Part shown: in pieces, positions 27,259 to 41,800 of the stretch | Position numbering within the stretch: the stretch's first letter is position 1 | Layout of the letters: the number at the start of each line of letters is the position of its first letter | Notes under the pieces: generated by a model | Told to the model about the DNA's origin: nothing | Databases searched by the model: none | The model's input: only the letters and a program-made list of their open reading frames with translations | Translations under genes and position numbers: made by a program | DNA from: Ylistrum balloti | Lineage: Eukaryota | Reading direction: 5' to 3' | Assembly: GCF_031769215.1 (NCBI RefSeq) | Contig: NW_026782190.1 | Span: 1,364,001 to 1,428,000, forward strand | DNA: 64,000 nt

Positions 27259-28051
27259 TATATACATATACATGTGACATTATAACCATCAATATAATCC
27301 TTTTATTCCATTCATCCTGCAACTGAATACATCTGCACGTAAATTTTCGCTGTAATCGGCAGTGACGGAAATAGCACATGCATTAATTCAACAGAATTAC
27401 TTTCTAAAATTACTTTAAAATTACGCTTAACAGTAAAAATAACTGTCGCGATAAGCAATATCCTGCTGTAATAACAAGGTTATTTGCAAAAAATCATAAA
27501 TCGCTGCCATCTCCATTGAAGTTTGGAATTATGTTTCTGCGGAGAGCAATATTATTTTGGCTTACGTCATCATGCAAAAATTAGTGTAATGTCAACGCCA
27601 GTTCAACAAAGATTGGAAAACAAAATTATTGGAGTTTTGATTGTCTGATTTTCAATAACACTTAAAAATAACACACAAAATACAGCTTATATTTTAAGAC
27701 ACTGACCTTGCATTCCGTATGCATTTGAGACCCGGATGATAATTGTTAATGACGTCCGGTTGGGTAGAATAATTCATCCTTATCTTTTCCAATATAATTT
27801 TCTAACCGATGCTGCAAGTTAAAATTGTACTTCCTTGATCTGGGATTTCTGATGTGTAATTTATAATAAACATTTATATATAAACTTTATTTTTTGAAAA
27901 TCTAGGTTTTATAATTGTTTTTATCTGTTTAAATCATAGTAACCTCCTATTTGAGGGTTCTTGTTCTCCTCAAACGCTATCTATATTGATTTCCATCTCG
28001 GTGTAAATAATGTGAAAGTTACGTTCTCTGAAACACTTACATTTATTTCAG

Positions 28052-28098
28052 TCATGATATCCTTTGATAACAATAACGTTAACAGATGTAGTCCAGAG
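28052..28098 (+). CDS. Candidate exon, possibly containing a start codon (MISFDNNNVNRCSPE)
   Basis: Acceptor acatttatttcag|, consensus donor GAG|gtaagt, and ATG at 28054 open to the donor in phase 0. Confidence 0.3.
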
Positions 28099-31000
28099 GT
28101 AAGTACTGTCTAGGACTTTGTGTGTGGTCTCGAGGGGAAAGGTACATGGTAACTCAAGGTTACCAAATTCATCCAAATGGCGGTCCGATACTCAGTTTAA
28201 AGCAGATATTTGATAATGCTAAGGCAGCAAATTGTAAGCTTTTGGACATACGCAACTACAATATACATGTTATCAGCCATTAAGCTATAGGGTTTCTGAT
28301 TCGTTTAGTTAGAGTTCCTATCTGAATTGAGATTTGGTAAATGATTGTCGTTTTAAGAGGTATGATTCTATGACTCTGTGTTGTTTCAAATTAACATATA
28401 TATTTAAATCATATGTGTTTAGTAATTGGTTTGTTTTATGACATTTCGAAAAAGTAAACGAGTTTTTAAAGAAACTTTAATTGCAAATTTAACTTTTTTT
28501 AGAAACTATGGTTTCGCCATCATTCGTGATTAATTCAATATTGCTATACAGATCAAAAATAAACTGCGTTCAAATAAATGTGTCGATTTTATTTGCATTT
28601 GAAAATAAGTTAAAGGTACTGTTTTGGCTATAAGAACAGATATCTGTTATATGATAAGATTGTGAAGAAAATATACATACCTTAAATTTTAAACTTTCTG
28701 AAACCGAAACACAAATTTCTATAACTGATTGCACATAATTTCAAAATCTATTTGATTAACTACCCCTGAAACACCACTATACGCATGATCCTGGACATTG
28801 ACCTTTACCTGTTTACATGCTTTTCAAAAGAACGATATCTTGCCTCGCTGAATAACCAAAAAATGTATGAACCCCTACTGTTTGAATGATACGAGTAAAT
28901 TTCTAGAACCTTAATTACGATTTCCTTATGGTATTATTTGTTTTGTATTCTTTTCTTAATGTAAGTTATCAACCGCATGAAAATTATCTAAGACACACTT
29001 CTGAATTAACAAATAAGGATTGCATATTTGAACAATTTCTCTTACAGTTATCTTGGTCATTGGTTATACAGTATTTACTTACACGTGTATATGCAGAACT
29101 GGTAAGGAAGCATCTACTACCTTCTTTGTAATGAAATAGAAATGCAGAACAAAAATCACCTTTTTCAAGTGAATTTATTTCGAGCTTTGCGTTCTACTGA
29201 TACCAAAGGTCATGAGAAGACTGTCTCGTGGAACAAAAAGACATTCAAATGTCAATTATAAATAAAATCACAATAGCATGCACACAGTCTGGCTACAGTA
29301 CATGGACATTGGATTATGCTATATTTACAGCAGCCCTTGGAAGGTGAACGCTGTATGGATGACGAACAGTAAATGTTGGAATTCTTTAGTCTGTATCAGT
29401 AATGGAGAGCACCTGTAGCCTTCCTCAGCCGGGTGACTCCTCACGAATATTCAACGCCATCCGCGGTAGATTATAAGTATAACAATGAGATACAAAGTTA
29501 GAACGATAAAGTAAAGGATCTAACAACAACGAAGTGGTGAGAAAGCAGGAAACAGAAAACCAAGAACGCGGTAAGAAGGAATGTGTGGATGGTCCAACTT
29601 CTGCATAAGTCACTTCGTAAAGCATGACGTTGTATGCAAGTGATGGAAAGCGATACTGGCAAGATGAAATAGAAAATTTGTAAATAAACTCAAACTGATA
29701 TGGCCCGATCGTTCACATGATTGTGGTGTTTTGATCGGAAATACAAAAAATTACTGTCATTTAGTCTGATGAGTACCTAAATAAGGACGATTAATGGTTA
29801 TACAGATAATCTGCTGTCTTTTAGTGTGTTATTATTGATATGAAAATACATTAATATTATACACAGATTAAATGATATATATATAAATCTAAATAAAGAA
29901 TACGTATTCATGTAACCATATTACTAGGGAACATGATACACTGACTGTGCGTGCATTTGTCACAACAAATGGAATGAAAATAGTTGGTCGTAAAAAACGA
30001 ACAGATCATTAAAAACGAATGTACAACAATATATATATATATATATCAAAGGACGTCATCATAGATTGTATTACAGAATGGAAATCACGAAAATATATAA
30101 AGCACGGCGGTGATCTGCTTATTCACATGATAATTGAATTAAGAAGTTTTTTTTACTAAAATTTACATTATTTGACAACTAAATCTATACAATTAATGAC
30201 ACGATAGTATAAAAATTAAATTAGCCGTCATAATTCTTTTTTTCTTAATTTTGACAGGAAGGGTGTGACTTCCACAGGGATAGTCTGGTCACTGTGATTG
30301 ACATTAATTGACATTCAATACGCTGAGACCTAACCTGAAAATCTAATAGAGGGTGCGTTTATTTAGCTTCATTTGTAATCGATAAAAACACATATAATTG
30401 ATTCATATGCAGGAAATGCTCGATTGCATATTACTGTACCTAAAATCCGTAACAAATATCGAATAAACTACATGCCTTACGCTACATGTCCAACAGAAAT
30501 TTATTTGATAACATAGTTTGATAATTTTGTATACTACTAAGAGGAGGTGAAATTCAAGGATGTGTTTTGTCGAATTGAATTAAAATATTCATATGCTCCT
30601 ACTTCCTTTGCAAAACATACGTTATTTCAGTGAGTCTTCTTTAAAATGACAAACCACCTGAACAAGTTGATAAACTTTCTCGTTAAATTGAAGCTATCTG
30701 ATTATGGTTTTCGATTTATTTCAATAATGCTGGTATGTCTGGCTTTCCATTTAGAAAAGATATTAATCATTGTCTCTATCGTCGAGTCCATTAAATCTTT
30801 CAACAGGCAAGTTCGTAGTCAAAAACTGTTTTATCATGATTAGCCCGAACATTCCAAGGACAATCTAAAATATGTACCTCCTTTAGAAGAGAATATGTCA
30901 TCTTCCGTTAAGAATATCTCAAATTGCTTGTTTTTTATGTATTCATAAATTCAAAAGTTTTAGGAAGTTTCTGTTAACTTCATACAGTTATGCATTTTTT

Positions 31001-34000
31001 CACAACATGATTCGAGTGATTCGCGTATAATGTTGAGGCTTGAATGTGTCCTATGGACAGGGCTGTTGGAACTTCGTGCCCAGATCAAAATAAAAGGTCA
31101 CAACTTGACAGCCGTACCAGAACGATAGAAACCAAGAAAACAGAAATCGGGATGATATAAATATCAAGTGGAAAAAAGGTCGTGGAAATGATAGGAATGG
31201 ACCAGAGACAGAAACACCAGAGTAACAAGAAGAGATTGAAACAACCTTAACGACCATGTAAGTAGGGAGATATACAACAGTGAAAAGAAAAGCGATACAA
31301 TATTTTCTCTCGAACAGGTAGTTAATATAAGCCGTAGACAAGCTGCATGTCACCAAGTTCAGCCTCGGGGCATTATAATCTGATGGCACGATCAAGGGGA
31401 TCTAGATTGTCTTCATCCGTGGACACATGGCAAATGTGCGTTGTTAAGATGTTAGTTCAGTTTTAAATTTCGATATGAAATACATTCATTATATGACAGT
31501 CACAAAAGTAGATGTTTATATATAATGTATCATGTCGATAGTATTGTAAATATTATAGAATTGGCGCACTATCTTGTTTAGAGTAATTAAAGCAATGACA
31601 AGTCAGCATATCAGCAATAATTGTTATACATTAGACATTAACAACACATAGTACGTGCAATTCATGCAACCATAATTTAGAGCAATACTCCTAATATAAA
31701 ATTACCACTTAAATATGTATGTTTACAGTACAGTTTAAACATTTTCATACCAGCAAATATAAAAAGATACTCAATACTTGAATCAATTTGCTTTGTGTGT
31801 GTTATAAGGATGAGCATCGTGTTTTTGGCCTATATCCCTCCAAGTCCTCACGTTTAGAATAGGGGTTCATCGATTTCTTGTTCCTTTGTTCCAAAGAATT
31901 TCAGAAGTTCGATGCCAATAAAATAATAAAAATACGTCTTTGATCTCATCCTGAGCAAGATAGAACGAATTAAACGAAACCTTTTGTTTTCCGCTGCTTA
32001 ACCATTCGGTTGATTATATTGGCAATAAGGACGTGATTGTCCTTCCACCTGTGTAATGTGACCTTGCAGTGTTCTCATGTTTTCATGTACTTCACACAAT
32101 CATCGGAGGAGACAGTATTTAAGACAAACAAGCAATACTTGATACAGTGCAGGTTATTCTCGTAAAACTCTTACATAGTTAATTCACCATGTGATGGTTC
32201 TCAGAGGTTTCCTGTACATTTTTCTGATTAAATTTCTAGAATCTTAATATATCTATATAAACATATATGTGAAAGGCTTAAAAACAGACACCAAATATCA
32301 CGTTCGTGTTAAATCGGGTTACAGACACGAAAGGCATTATGAACTGTACAAAAAAACACAACGTTTATATGTATTTTCTATCCAGGAATCTACGCTTTGC
32401 TGCTTGTAAACGGCTTGAAGACGGTATCGCAATATATCTGTGTTACTTCGGCCGGATCAACTTGAGTCATCCCTTCCTTTTAGGTTAATTTTAAAGTACA
32501 CATTACTTTTTGTAGGAAATCAAATAGATATACTTGTTTAAGTTCAGCATTCGTTCGTAATTGTTATTGCTGGCGCCAAATCAAAATTGAACCCATTTGC
32601 ATTACGTTTTTACAAGGTTTACTACGCAATATGTATTGCAAAGCAGAATATTATGTAAAATTTAAAAACAATTGATAAATGCAAATTAATCTCCTATCTG
32701 TACAGATAATTATCTCGAGTGGGCGCCCTTTTCTTTAAGGAAAAGACAGATACGACATGTCCTGTTTGTATCAAGAGATCAGCGTTATGTACAGTCACTG
32801 TCTGCTCATAGACTAGAGTAACACTTAGTTGGAGACCAGTTGTTAAATAAATATTCAATATTGATCCAGCATCCAGCTTTACATCGTTATCTTAAGAAAC
32901 TTATAAACAAACGTTGTATTTGCTACGACGATGGCGTTCATGAATAATATGTTGTTTGTTTCTGTTTCTGAAACATAGTTTCTAAATAGCAATGGAACAG
33001 CTACCTAAAAAATTTTGTTATCATATTCAATTCTAACAACTCATCTACATAATCTTTATCCGACATCAGATTCGGTTTTTCGGTTGTTGTGTCTATCACT
33101 CGAATTCTTAAGGAATAGAGAAAACAAAAAAGGGTGACCAGCATTGATCAGTTATTCAACATACATTGGCTCACAACAAGCAATACACAGGTGTCTAGAA
33201 TAAAATCTCTAGTGTCAGACTCTGCTACAGATCTTCTTATATCTCTCTTTCTCAGTCAGAGATGCATTTTACTATCAATATAACAAACTAACCGGTAAAA
33301 AGTATTCAATGACACCGCTCCTAAAATAACAAACTTTGGGATTGTATTGAAGATAAAGAAAAAAACATAGCTATTACCAGTTAGCTGCATTTAGCGTGTG
33401 TTTGTATATGCAAAATATCAATATTTCTTTTGTAATTTATAATCATTATGGTATATCGCCTGTCATACTGATTTCAAGGCTAGTGTAAGTTGATCTCAAG
33501 GAACTGAGAGTTCAAGTAATTTTGCGTACTTACTCCATTAGTTCACCTATCAAGAAGCATCTTTTAACATCCATAAAGAAATAAATCAATATCCATTTAA
33601 GGTGATTAATAGCACATTCTGGTTATACTGATTTTGAACAAACTCAGTTCGTCATCATTACATCCATATTATTCAACTTAAAGGAAACGCTTTTTTAACG
33701 TTTGTTAAAGGGAAATAACTCCAGACAACTTGGATTGGAATTTAGATATGTGTTCACAGGTAAACCTTGTACAACATTCCCGTGTGGTCAGGGCATCTTA
33801 TTTAGTCTAGGTGTACTCAAATCAGTCGTTCATGTATGTATACACTGGCTTCCGTCATTAACATAAAAAATTGTATTATCTGAATACTCCAATATATCTA
33901 ATTATCACAAGCTAACCAATAATAAGTATTTACATATCAATGTATTTAAAATCCCGTTGTCCAAGAAATCATAAAACAGATTAACAAAAGCATTGATATA

Positions 34001-37000
34001 TTGATATAAGTGCATGTATATTTACTTGATAGCAATGTCTAACAGGGCGATAGTATTAACATTGCTGTGAAAATACTTTAAGTCTTCAAGCAGACGTTAG
34101 GGTGAGTTCAACTCTAAACCCAACTAATTACTAGCACGTGGCAGCTCCGTTTGACACTGTATTATGATTACTTTCTGAGGAATGAATCTGGATCATTGCA
34201 CAATAAAATTAATATGGATGTTGCGTCTCGTGGTAATATTTTAGCGATTGATGACAAGATAGTAATGGGAAATCTCCATACAAGCCGTTTCGTATGCAAT
34301 TCTGGATCCGGAAGGCGTAAGGTGATAAACCTACCCATCGCTTGCCGTCGTGATTCTTGAATTGTGCCCCCAACAAATATAATTAGGAAATTAAAACAGA
34401 TTAATTGTCAGGGAGGAGGAGATGTGTCTCCCTCTGGGACAGGGATGCCATGATGTATTGGTACCTCTCGCCCTTACTGACACTGTTAACTTGTCATCAG
34501 CATATCATTCATTTCAAATAATTTCTGTTCGTATATGATCCCAAAAAAGCATTATCTATGTTCTCTTCCTTAAATAATTTCTTGGTATCATAGTATTTTC
34601 AATATGTTTTATGTTTCAAGGAAGCATCCCGTTACGCTGTTTGTGACATATGAAGATAGTTGTTGAGGAGTTGTTATTTTGCTCAGTTGAACCTCAAGAA
34701 CACGCAGACACGCTTGAATATGGTTGAATTTTAATGCCTTAACTTTAAATTAACGATTTTAAAGTTGTTCACAGCTTCAAATGTCACGGAGTTAAATATG
34801 CTTGGAAGCAATTACCAATAAAGATAGCGTTAAAACCACTTCCGCAAATGCCAAGGTCAAAAAGAAATTAAAATAGTGCGCCAGTTTACAAGGACTGTCA
34901 AAGGAAGGATAACCTATGACATGTTTTATCAGAGGGAGGTGTAAATGACACCATTAACAATATTGGAACGGCAGTTTTCATTATTTTGTGGGTCGATCAC
35001 AACGTACTATCTCTCAAAGACAAAAAATCCATTGAACGTAAACTCATGCAAACATTCTGTCTCGTTGCAAACTCAAAATGATATGACAAAGGCAAAGCCT
35101 ATGTCAGACTGATAAATGGCATTTATATCGTGTATTATATTGAACGTAGGAGTCATGTCAAGCTGATAAGAATCTAAAGTTTTTTGTTTTTGTTTTGCCA
35201 GGATAACTGCATAATTTAAATATTTCATTCCACATCAATTAATACTCTACAAACGATACTTAGTTAGAGCGTGAACTATACTTTAAAGGAATAAAAGCAT
35301 TTATTCTGTTGCCAATGGATGAAGCCGTAATTTGTTGTTATCGAGTAAAAGCGGGATAAAAAGCCTGTTAAAGGAGGTGCTTGATCTCAGCGTAAAAACA
35401 TCAAGATCTGGTTGAACAGACTTTTCTCGACTTGAGTACCGCTATCGCTTTACGGACCATCCCAAATGAAAGGTAACAACCAATAGAAAGGGAAGTAACT
35501 CGGTCCAATCTTATTTTAATTCATAAACTCCAGTATTTTATCTAATAAAATGATAAAACAAAACGCCCCCTCCCCTCATCTCCTCTCCCGTCTTCTATTA
35601 AAACGATCAAATGCATTTACTGTTCCTACTGCAACGTGAAGTATTTACATGCTCGATGACGTGCCAACAGCACCTTGTTTCCATCTATATATCAAGACAA
35701 TCTCATTTATTCGATTTAAGTAGAAAGAATCCTATATATGTAGACCTAAACCGATGATCCCCAATTAACGAAGAATTAAATAAAACATGGAGTGGGAGTA
35801 TATTGAATCTAGTGTTTCCATTTGTCTAGTTTGAAAGCTGTCATTATATTTTTATCGTCTGGCTACATTTACAAATAGTAGGTACTTTATCAATGTGACA
35901 ATATTTGTAGATGTTGAAAAGAATATGAAATATTTTAGTGTTCTTCATAAAAAAAAAACAGATACGTTTCCATCGCTACACTGCGTCATTTACCCCCAAA
36001 GTCTCACGTTATTTTGACGAAATTTAAGTGTTATTGAAATAACTGTAAATAAATAAGTCATCAACATGATCATCTTTGTGTTGTAATCACACTATTGAGT
36101 GTGAGATGTGAACACAATCTATTCATTAATCAGTTTAACAGTAGAATTAAAGCGAGACGTATGGTGACAAAGACATGCATCTGTAACGAAAAGTAGTGAA
36201 CAACAGAACAATACTTCAACGTTGCCATTGCAAGATTCTAATCCATCGTTCTATCATCATAACATTATATAATAGCTTTATTTCGTCACACAGCTTGAAA
36301 CATAGTCATTATTTCTCATTTTCAATTGAACAGTTAACAAACACTCAACTTTTAATCACAGGGAATGAACTCCGATCTCTCTCTCTAATACTCTCTAACA
36401 TAACTTTTAATAGGCAATATCTGTCGTTAACGACACGGGTGGTATCTATGTTAACCATGATACTCATCCTTTTGTCATTGCTATGATGTAAGGAAAATTT
36501 TACCTCTGAGTATTGTACCTACGATATTCGGGTCTTAACAGATATCGTTAACGGTTTCCGGTGTATCAGCAGGATCCTGCAATGTCGTGTAGCATAACTG
36601 AAACACAGACACATTAAGTAACGAAGCATTCGACGCAACCGATTTGTTTTCACTGAAAGATTTTAAGAACGTTTGTATAATACATAATTTCAATTTCTTT
36701 AAAGATAGAAGGCAAATCGTTTCGACTATATCTGTTCAGGCCTCCCTATAGAAAGTTATTTCGTCACAATCTTTTCTCTTGGGTTTGGGCATGATTACAT
36801 TATTTTAATGGTTCTGGAGTGTAATGCTTTTATCTAAAATCTCATTGTAACCATTCAATAAAAAAACCACTTCCGCTGATGGGAAATGACGAAATGTCTA
36901 TCGCTTTAAATTTTTTATTAAACATTTTTAACAGAAAATGCATTAATAGATTGAAACTTTAACAGAATCAACACGACAACCTAGCTATCTCAACTGGCTG

Positions 37001-39015
37001 CTTAGAAATTGCGTTGAGGCAGCTCGCTAATAATCTGAGCGTTGTGATTGTTTAATGTGATATGTGGCAGGATAATAAGCCCGCTATGTATGTAATCGAC
37101 TATAAACACACAGCAGCTAACTAAATCACGAATGGAAAATATATTACGCTGCTCCTGTTATCATTTAACATGACATATTTTAGACGAAGTAAGCTATGTC
37201 TGATTAATTTTCTAGACAGGTGATTGTCTCCAAAACATTCAGTACAACTGATGCTTTTCTATGATTTAATTCAATACAGATGGGAAAAAATCAAACACTC
37301 ATCTGAAAACTGAATTAACGCTTACATTTAGAAGCGAAAAATGAATTGTCTTGATTTCCGGAAAATAAATGTCTTTTAAGAATAGATTTTTGGCACAGTG
37401 AAAACATAAATAATTAATAGATCAATTTAATAATGTTTATCGAAGAGAATGTTACTCACGTCTTAGAATTTCTTGTAATAAATCTGCTCAAAGACATATC
37501 ATGTCAAGATATCATTGCAAATATAGTGTTAAGAAGAAAATTCTGAATATTTGTTTACGTTGAAACTCGAGTAAACGTTGTGCGTATTTTACAGTTTTGG
37601 TCACCTTCAATGGTTTCCAAATGTATAAACATATTCATTATTTTAATACTGTATCTTACGTCCTCGCAATATTTGATAAATGTAATACAAAGATTGTGCT
37701 GAAGGGTAATGCAACCAGTTGATTTCTTTAATTTCGACCTTTTCGAAATATCCATACCTCGAAACTTGCATTTACTTATCCAAGTATATACTCACCATAA
37801 TCGGAAATATAGCCACTCGAGATTGTTCTACGTACATGTGGAGGAGACGAGGAAAATGAATTGACAATTTCTATCCTCCTACTTATTGTAACAGGTGACT
37901 CATTGTTTGACATCCGTTGTACATCTGGTTATTTTCTCCGATGCCTTCTGCACAGGGACATAGGGTAGCATATGAATAGAATCTGATAAATTATACCGAA
38001 AATGCAACCAAAGGTCTCCTACGGGTCTTCTTTTAAGTTGACATTGAAGATGCAAAAAAATCTTATTCCCCAAAAGCAATACATGGAATCTTGATTTTTC
38101 CCTTTCTTTCCGACCTTGCTCTTTCGTTATGTGCTTTTTGTAAGTCCCTATCAACACCAGTCCTCATATGATCCTATTTACTGTGCTGAACTCCTTAACA
38201 ACAAAATAAACAACAGCTTCCTATAAGAATTTATTATAAGTGTGATAATTCGGTGTTCCTATTGTGAACTTTTCCTTTCTAGCAAGTTCCTGCTTTCCCA
38301 TCCTCTGTACAATGTTTACATGTCGTTGATTTTACATCCAAAGTCTTATTTCTAATATCAAAATTGCCATGTAAAAATATCGATAACTAACATAAATGCT
38401 CACGACAGAGAGATGAAAGTTGGTGTTGGGGATTTATCATGGTCGTGTATTGATGATTGCAGTGAAAAATGTCTGAAAGGCATGTGTTATATGTGTTTTA
38501 TCTGATTTTATTCTTCTTCTAATATATATTAAGTATTTGTGTCTGCGTTTCTGATTTTCTGAGATCTCTCTTTCGTCTTTAAGCGCGTGTCGACCCTTTA
38601 GGCCCTAAAAGAGGTGTGATGCTGTTTAATATAAATTATCAGACAAACACACCATCTAATACCTAAGTAATACAAGTTTCTAATGATTTGTGTCGTTTCT
38701 GTAATACCCTTCTAACACGCGCAATGCCTATCAGTGAAAGTAGTATGTCAAGACAATATGTTAAGTTTAGCCCTAGATGCATGTATCGAAGATAAAAGAA
38801 AGATTACGTATAAGGTCAGAATCATGGTCGAGGTAATTCTCACTAAAAAAAGGATGTTTAATCGAATTTCATGGAGCATTTAGGTGGGCAGTGCGGTATG
38901 TCGTATCACAACCTCGGAGGATCCGTATCCCTATTATGAACTAAAAAGGTTACATAGTTGAAGATCCTTGAAGTTGTCTTGATAAATGTAGGATGATAAG
39001 GCTGTTTTCACTTAC

Positions 39016-39071
39016 CATCTTGGGATTTGTACTCCAAAGATCAACAGGGATTCGTTGCCTATGATATTAAC
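39016..39071 (-). CDS. Candidate 56-nt exon ending in ATG at the donor
   Basis: Acceptor ttatgatttacactcag| and consensus donor AAGATG|gtaagtg. It is either a 5'UTR exon supplying the start codon (A at -3) or coding VNIIGNESLLIFGVQIPR. Confidence 0.35.
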
Positions 39072-41469
39072 CTGAGTGTAAATCATAATAACATCCATCT
39101 ATTGGTGTATTGCATGGATGTAGGTGTATATTTATGTGAATACACACTAGAAGGAACTTCACTATACTATTTTCGTCTTTGATCTTGAAGTCATTTTATG
39201 ATGAGGTTAAAAGTTCGATTCTTTTAAGTTTTTCATTCACCAACTACTGCTAAAGTATGTATGATAGCAAGATGATGTGGTATTTTGCTAGTTCAGGCCT
39301 TTCGGAGTGCGGTAGAATCATAGGTTAAATTCACAATCGTTATTCTGGTCAATAAAACTGAATATAAAGGAGCGTCATACCAGGAATGTCAGTACCACCC
39401 TCTGGATTTCGTTACGTCATGCTGTAAGGTTAAGAAGTCTAACAATTTAAATGTTCTAGTTGATCTAACTTCATCATAAAACTAGGACCCAAAAGATGCA
39501 TAAAAGACATATAAGTTACTGCCAACTTAACATACATGTGAAACAATCTCTCCTCCGTTTTATCAGAATTCGAACATGAAACACATAGTGTTATATATAC
39601 TACCTCTACGTTAAAGAGTCGTCAGAGACTATCCAGAGGATAGCATTGCAACAAACAGATGTTCCGAAAAACTACTAACAACGAATGCAACGGCTATGAC
39701 CTACTTTTTATAGGAGAGACTGGAAAGGGATTCAGTGTCCGTCTAAATGAACAATGAAAAAACGTAGAACCCAAGAAGCCTGGAAATACCAGATTGAAAC
39801 GCAAACAACATGTCCTTGATAATAATTAAAGTAAATTACCATTTCAAGTTAATGCCACATTTCAAAACCATACTATTGACTTGAACAAACAGAGTGATGG
39901 ATAGAGACAAATCACTTTTAAGCGGCACTCCACTTTTTCAGGGAAGACTTTCTATCTGCGTTCAGAAATGTATCTGTGACGGATATTTCGGCAACCCCAT
40001 CTGGGCTATCTGACAGATTTGGATCATACTATGGAGTAGTTGCTCTTGGATTTGGAAGTTGGCAAGAACAATGTACTGAAATCTATTTCTAGTGATGTAT
40101 TTAGTTTTGTCGGAGAGTCAATCTTGTGATTGTCCTATGTCTCTCTTTGATTAGATAAACAGAAATATTACCAATTTGTTGGCCATTTTCATTCATAGCT
40201 GTGTTCTGATAGTCAGGCGGTACGTGATTTTTTTCTTATTAAATGTTACATTATTATAGTTGGGATCGTGTTTGTTTTATCCTCAGTTAACCTAGTATTG
40301 CTCGGTCATCACATCGCCTTACGGTGTAAGTCAGATTTGCGTTAGAAATGTAACGTGCAGTACAAGTTACTTGGTACGTGAGAAAAACAATAGAAATTTG
40401 ACCTAAACAACCTTATCCTCGGCTTGTTTACCTCACATCAATCAGACAAAGCTTAAGATTTATCATTTGTGTTACCCTTGCATGCGTGTTTACACAAAGT
40501 CTCAGGAGAGATTATGCACTTGCGAAGGAAATTACCAAACCTGATCACGGTATGAAAGCTTGAAATACTAGCGTACTAAAAAGTGGGAAATGTTTCATCA
40601 GCGTTTTACTCGGAGGTAATTATACCGTTTCAGGCGGGTATCCATTTTTGTTCCCAGGCGACGGTATTTGTGCGCATGCGTTATCCCATATGACGCAAAA
40701 ATTTACATATCCAGACAAAAAAGGATTTCTTTTTAATAATTGTTAATTAACCTCTTTATTTGAACGAAACTCAACTTTCTTTGTTCATAAGATAATAAAC
40801 TTTTTATACATATGCAATATTTTTTTAAAAATTCAACCGAAACAATCCGTTTTAAATGAGTTCAATATTTGTATGTAACACGAATGTTGAGTTATACCAC
40901 ATATCATATTTTCAACTAGTTTATCAAATTGTGTAGCACATTGTCACGAGTGTAAGATATTTTTCATACTTCATTTATGAAAAATCTACAAAGACTCTCA
41001 GATTTATTTCCCATTAATAGAGACGTAAAATGAAATATAGAAGCGGACTCTACGTTTTTCACTACAGAGAAAATCATGTGACGTCATCAAGACATGATTA
41101 ATCTACGACGCCACGATAGTTTTATTATACAAGTGTCTAATGATAATGATGGCATGGCCCTATGTCACGTTATCAGATAAATTCATATACACCATATGTA
41201 GCAAGTGTTATCAATATTATATGTAAACGTGAGTGATAAAAAAACTACAGTAGTTTTGTATGTTACAAATGTAGATTATCACGTTCAACTATTATATTGT
41301 TCTTTGGATGAGCTTCGTTGAAATTACATGCCAAGATTAGGCCATTTTCTGGTATGATGCGTGAATATGTTACAACGTAACTATGACTTTCACTTGACTA
41401 TTGGTCTTCTATTCACTTTTAAACGATCACCGTAGTTGCAATGTTCAGGCATTAAGCAGAAAAGAAATA

Positions 41470-41800
41470 TATAACCGCGCGGGCGATTAAAAGTCGCGAA
41501 AATTAATCGCCGCGAAATAGTTTCAATCACAGGTACAGTATTTCTTTCATATGTAATCTTGGGTTTATTTTTTTTAGGCTACTGACAGATTACTGCCGTA
41601 TAACACATTTCGTGAAAAAGTAATATGTTCATGCATGAAAGATATATTACACAAGGCAATTTATTTACTTACTTTGAAATAAACCATACCTAATTATCTG
41701 GATTAGTGACTACAAATCGCGATGTTGAATCGCCATAAAAAGTCATTACACATTGAAAACGCGAAATTAAGTCGCCGCAAAAATTAGTTTGTTTACAGTA
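41470..41800. mobile_element. Two right-end remnants of a TACTGTA...TACAGTA type non-autonomous DNA element
   Basis: CGCGAAAATTAATCGCCGCGAAAT...TACAGTA (ends 41540) and CGCGAAATTAAGTCGCCGCAAAAATT...TTTACAGTA (ends 41800). Both are CpG-rich subterminal repeats in an AT-rich context. Confidence 0.55.

Noticed and set aside
28309-28344. LEFLSELRFGK* as an RFamide exon spliced to 28052-28098
   Set aside because: There is no signal peptide, the acceptor is weak, and a short RFGK match is expected by chance when many splice combinations are tried.
36196-36486. 96-aa ORF and similar 60-118 aa ORFs in the track (e.g. 11532, 18973, 25151, 31051, 44979, 53285)
   Set aside because: They have no recognisable domain, the composition is biased to I/L/F/S/C as expected for AT-rich noncoding DNA, and many use non-ATG starts.
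39585-39628. Minus-strand hammerhead-like CTGACGA-CTCT...AGAG
   Set aside because: GTAG replaces GAAA, the first stem II base is not a purine, and stem I cannot pair.
40560-40980. Probable non-autonomous DNA-transposon remnant
   Set aside because: It looks repeat-like, but I could not define termini, a TSD or a second copy within the window.
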